A stretch of DNA of 32,121 nucleotides, from positions 1-32,121 of the forward strand of contig BQXS01009711.1 in NCBI GenBank assembly GCA_024181965.1, in the 5' to 3' direction. Each line of letters starts with the position of its first letter. Within the stretch, counting starts at the first letter, position 1. Positions 31,125 through 32,121 of the stretch are shown piece by piece. This DNA comes from Aduncisulcus paluster. Its lineage: Eukaryota. The translations under genes and the position numbers were made by a program. The notes under the pieces were generated by a model. The model was not told the DNA's origin, searched no databases, and saw only the letters and a list, made by a program, of their open reading frames with translations.

Positions 31125-32121
31125 TTAACGATAAACGAATCTTCCACTGTTTCTAACACGAGCCTTAATTCCACCAATGAGCTTGGCATCAACCATGAGG
31201 TCTTCAACACTAAGATGCATTCTGTAACGCCAGTAATGAGGCACGATCTCTGGGTGGTTGATGGTCTCATCTTCGGGGTCACCCTTGTAACAAGACATGG
31301 GACTTAAGGTGAGCCAATCCTGCAGGGGGAAAATGACGAGGAAAGCTGGGGAGAACATGTGCATGTCAATGATACGAGAAGCTGTGTCATGGTCAAGGGC
31401 GTAAGGGCAAGGGCCTTTCTCTCCGAGGAGATCGTACCACATCTTATCACGTTGATGGCGAGAACCAGGTTGGATCCACCAAGCACGCAGATTGGCACAA
31501 TCATGAGTTGATGTAGTAGCGACAACATCATATGGGTAGTCATTTGGATGAGGAAGAACAATACTATCATCAGCAGGCATACGTTGAACACGAAGACCAC
31601 ATACACGATGTTTCTGAAGTTTCTCGACAACGACATCAGCAAGAAGACCTAAATCTTCACCGCATGGGAGCATTTTTGTTGCCTTGAGGATTGTTGACAT
31701 CTTCTTGTCTGCCTCTACTCCCCAGATATCCTGATGATCTCTGTAGTAATAGTTGATCATCATTTTCTTCATCGCAGTTTGAATGTTGTGGGGAAGGTGT
31801 CGGAAGGAATGGGTCTGGTCAAGGTTGAAACGAGGGTGGAAGTGGTAATCGTGGATGTTAAGGTGATCGTTGTCCCACATCAATATGTAGTTGGTGGTGA
31901 GACTGATCAAACGATCCTTCAGAGATTCAAAACGATCCTTCTCAGTTTCAGGATTGACACGAAGACCAAGCTTCTTAATGAGTTTCTTCTCAGAATTGAC
32001 CTCGGTCTTGAACTTCATCAGAGCAACACCACGGTAGTCACGTTTGCCATCATCATACTCAAACCACTCGTCAACGAAGAGGGGAACATCCTTCAAGAGC
32101 CCCTTTACATGGTCTTCGGGG
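31125..32121 (-). CDS. DPE2: 4-alpha-glucanotransferase (GH77, DPE2/MalQ type), C-terminal part; 5'-truncated by the window edge
   Basis: CGEDLG, GLRVQRMP, TSTHD..LRAWW, IFPLQDWL, INHP...HYWRYRMH motifs; the frame is open to the window edge. Confidence 0.92.
   Translation of the reverse strand, partial: PEDHVKGLLKDVPLFVDEWFEYDDGKRDYRGVALMKFKTEVNSEKKLIKKLGLRVNPETEKDRFESLKDRLISLTTNYILMWDNDHLNIHDYHFHPRFNLDQTHSFRHLPHNIQTAMKKMMINYYYRDHQDIWGVEADKKMSTILKATKMLPCGEDLGLLADVVVEKLQKHRVCGLRVQRMPADDSIVLPHPNDYPYDVVATTSTHDCANLRAWWIQPGSRHQRDKMWYDLLGEKGPCPYALDHDTASRIIDMHMFSPAFLVIFPLQDWLTLSPMSCYKGDPEDETINHPEIVPHYWRYRMHLSVEDLMVDAKLIGGIKARVRNSGRFVYR

Noticed and set aside
1..32121. Prokaryotic operon or defence system, or an alternative genetic code
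   Set aside because: Histone, SNARE, radial spoke, Maf1 and spliceosomal introns show this is eukaryotic DNA. Conserved proteins (H2A, RFC3, Maf1, RSPH9) end at TAA or TGA at their expected C-termini.

Overview
Gene-dense, AT-rich eukaryotic genomic DNA using the standard code (conserved proteins end at TAA, TAG or TGA), with sparse short GT-AG spliceosomal introns. The organism is flagellated (RSPH9) and carries prokaryote-like genes; a free-living metamonad/fornicate-type protist is a plausible inference only. About 17 protein genes are present. Recognisable ones are a MATE transporter, a BPI/LBP-family secreted protein, RSPH9, RFC3 (yeast RFC5 type), Maf1, a DUF5714-like Cys-rich protein, syntaxin-18, a Ser/Thr kinase, an H2A.X-like histone and a partial DPE2/GH77 glucanotransferase. 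Two 20-N gaps are each flanked by exact duplications, probably assembly artefacts; a third exact 369-bp tandem duplication has no gap. Highlights: (1) an H2A.X-like histone with a (KG)10 tail, no Lys at the K118/K119 positions and a histone-type 3' stem-loop; (2) a probable 9-nt micro-exon; (3) seven inferred introns that all begin GTATG and lie near gene 5' ends; (4) a T-shaped three-way hairpin in an intergenic region; (5) two distant paralogues of an unnamed helical-repeat family; (6) a probable laterally acquired Fe-S/metal-binding protein. No CRISPR array, rRNA, tRNA or transposase was recognised. I do not see a clearly new multi-gene system.
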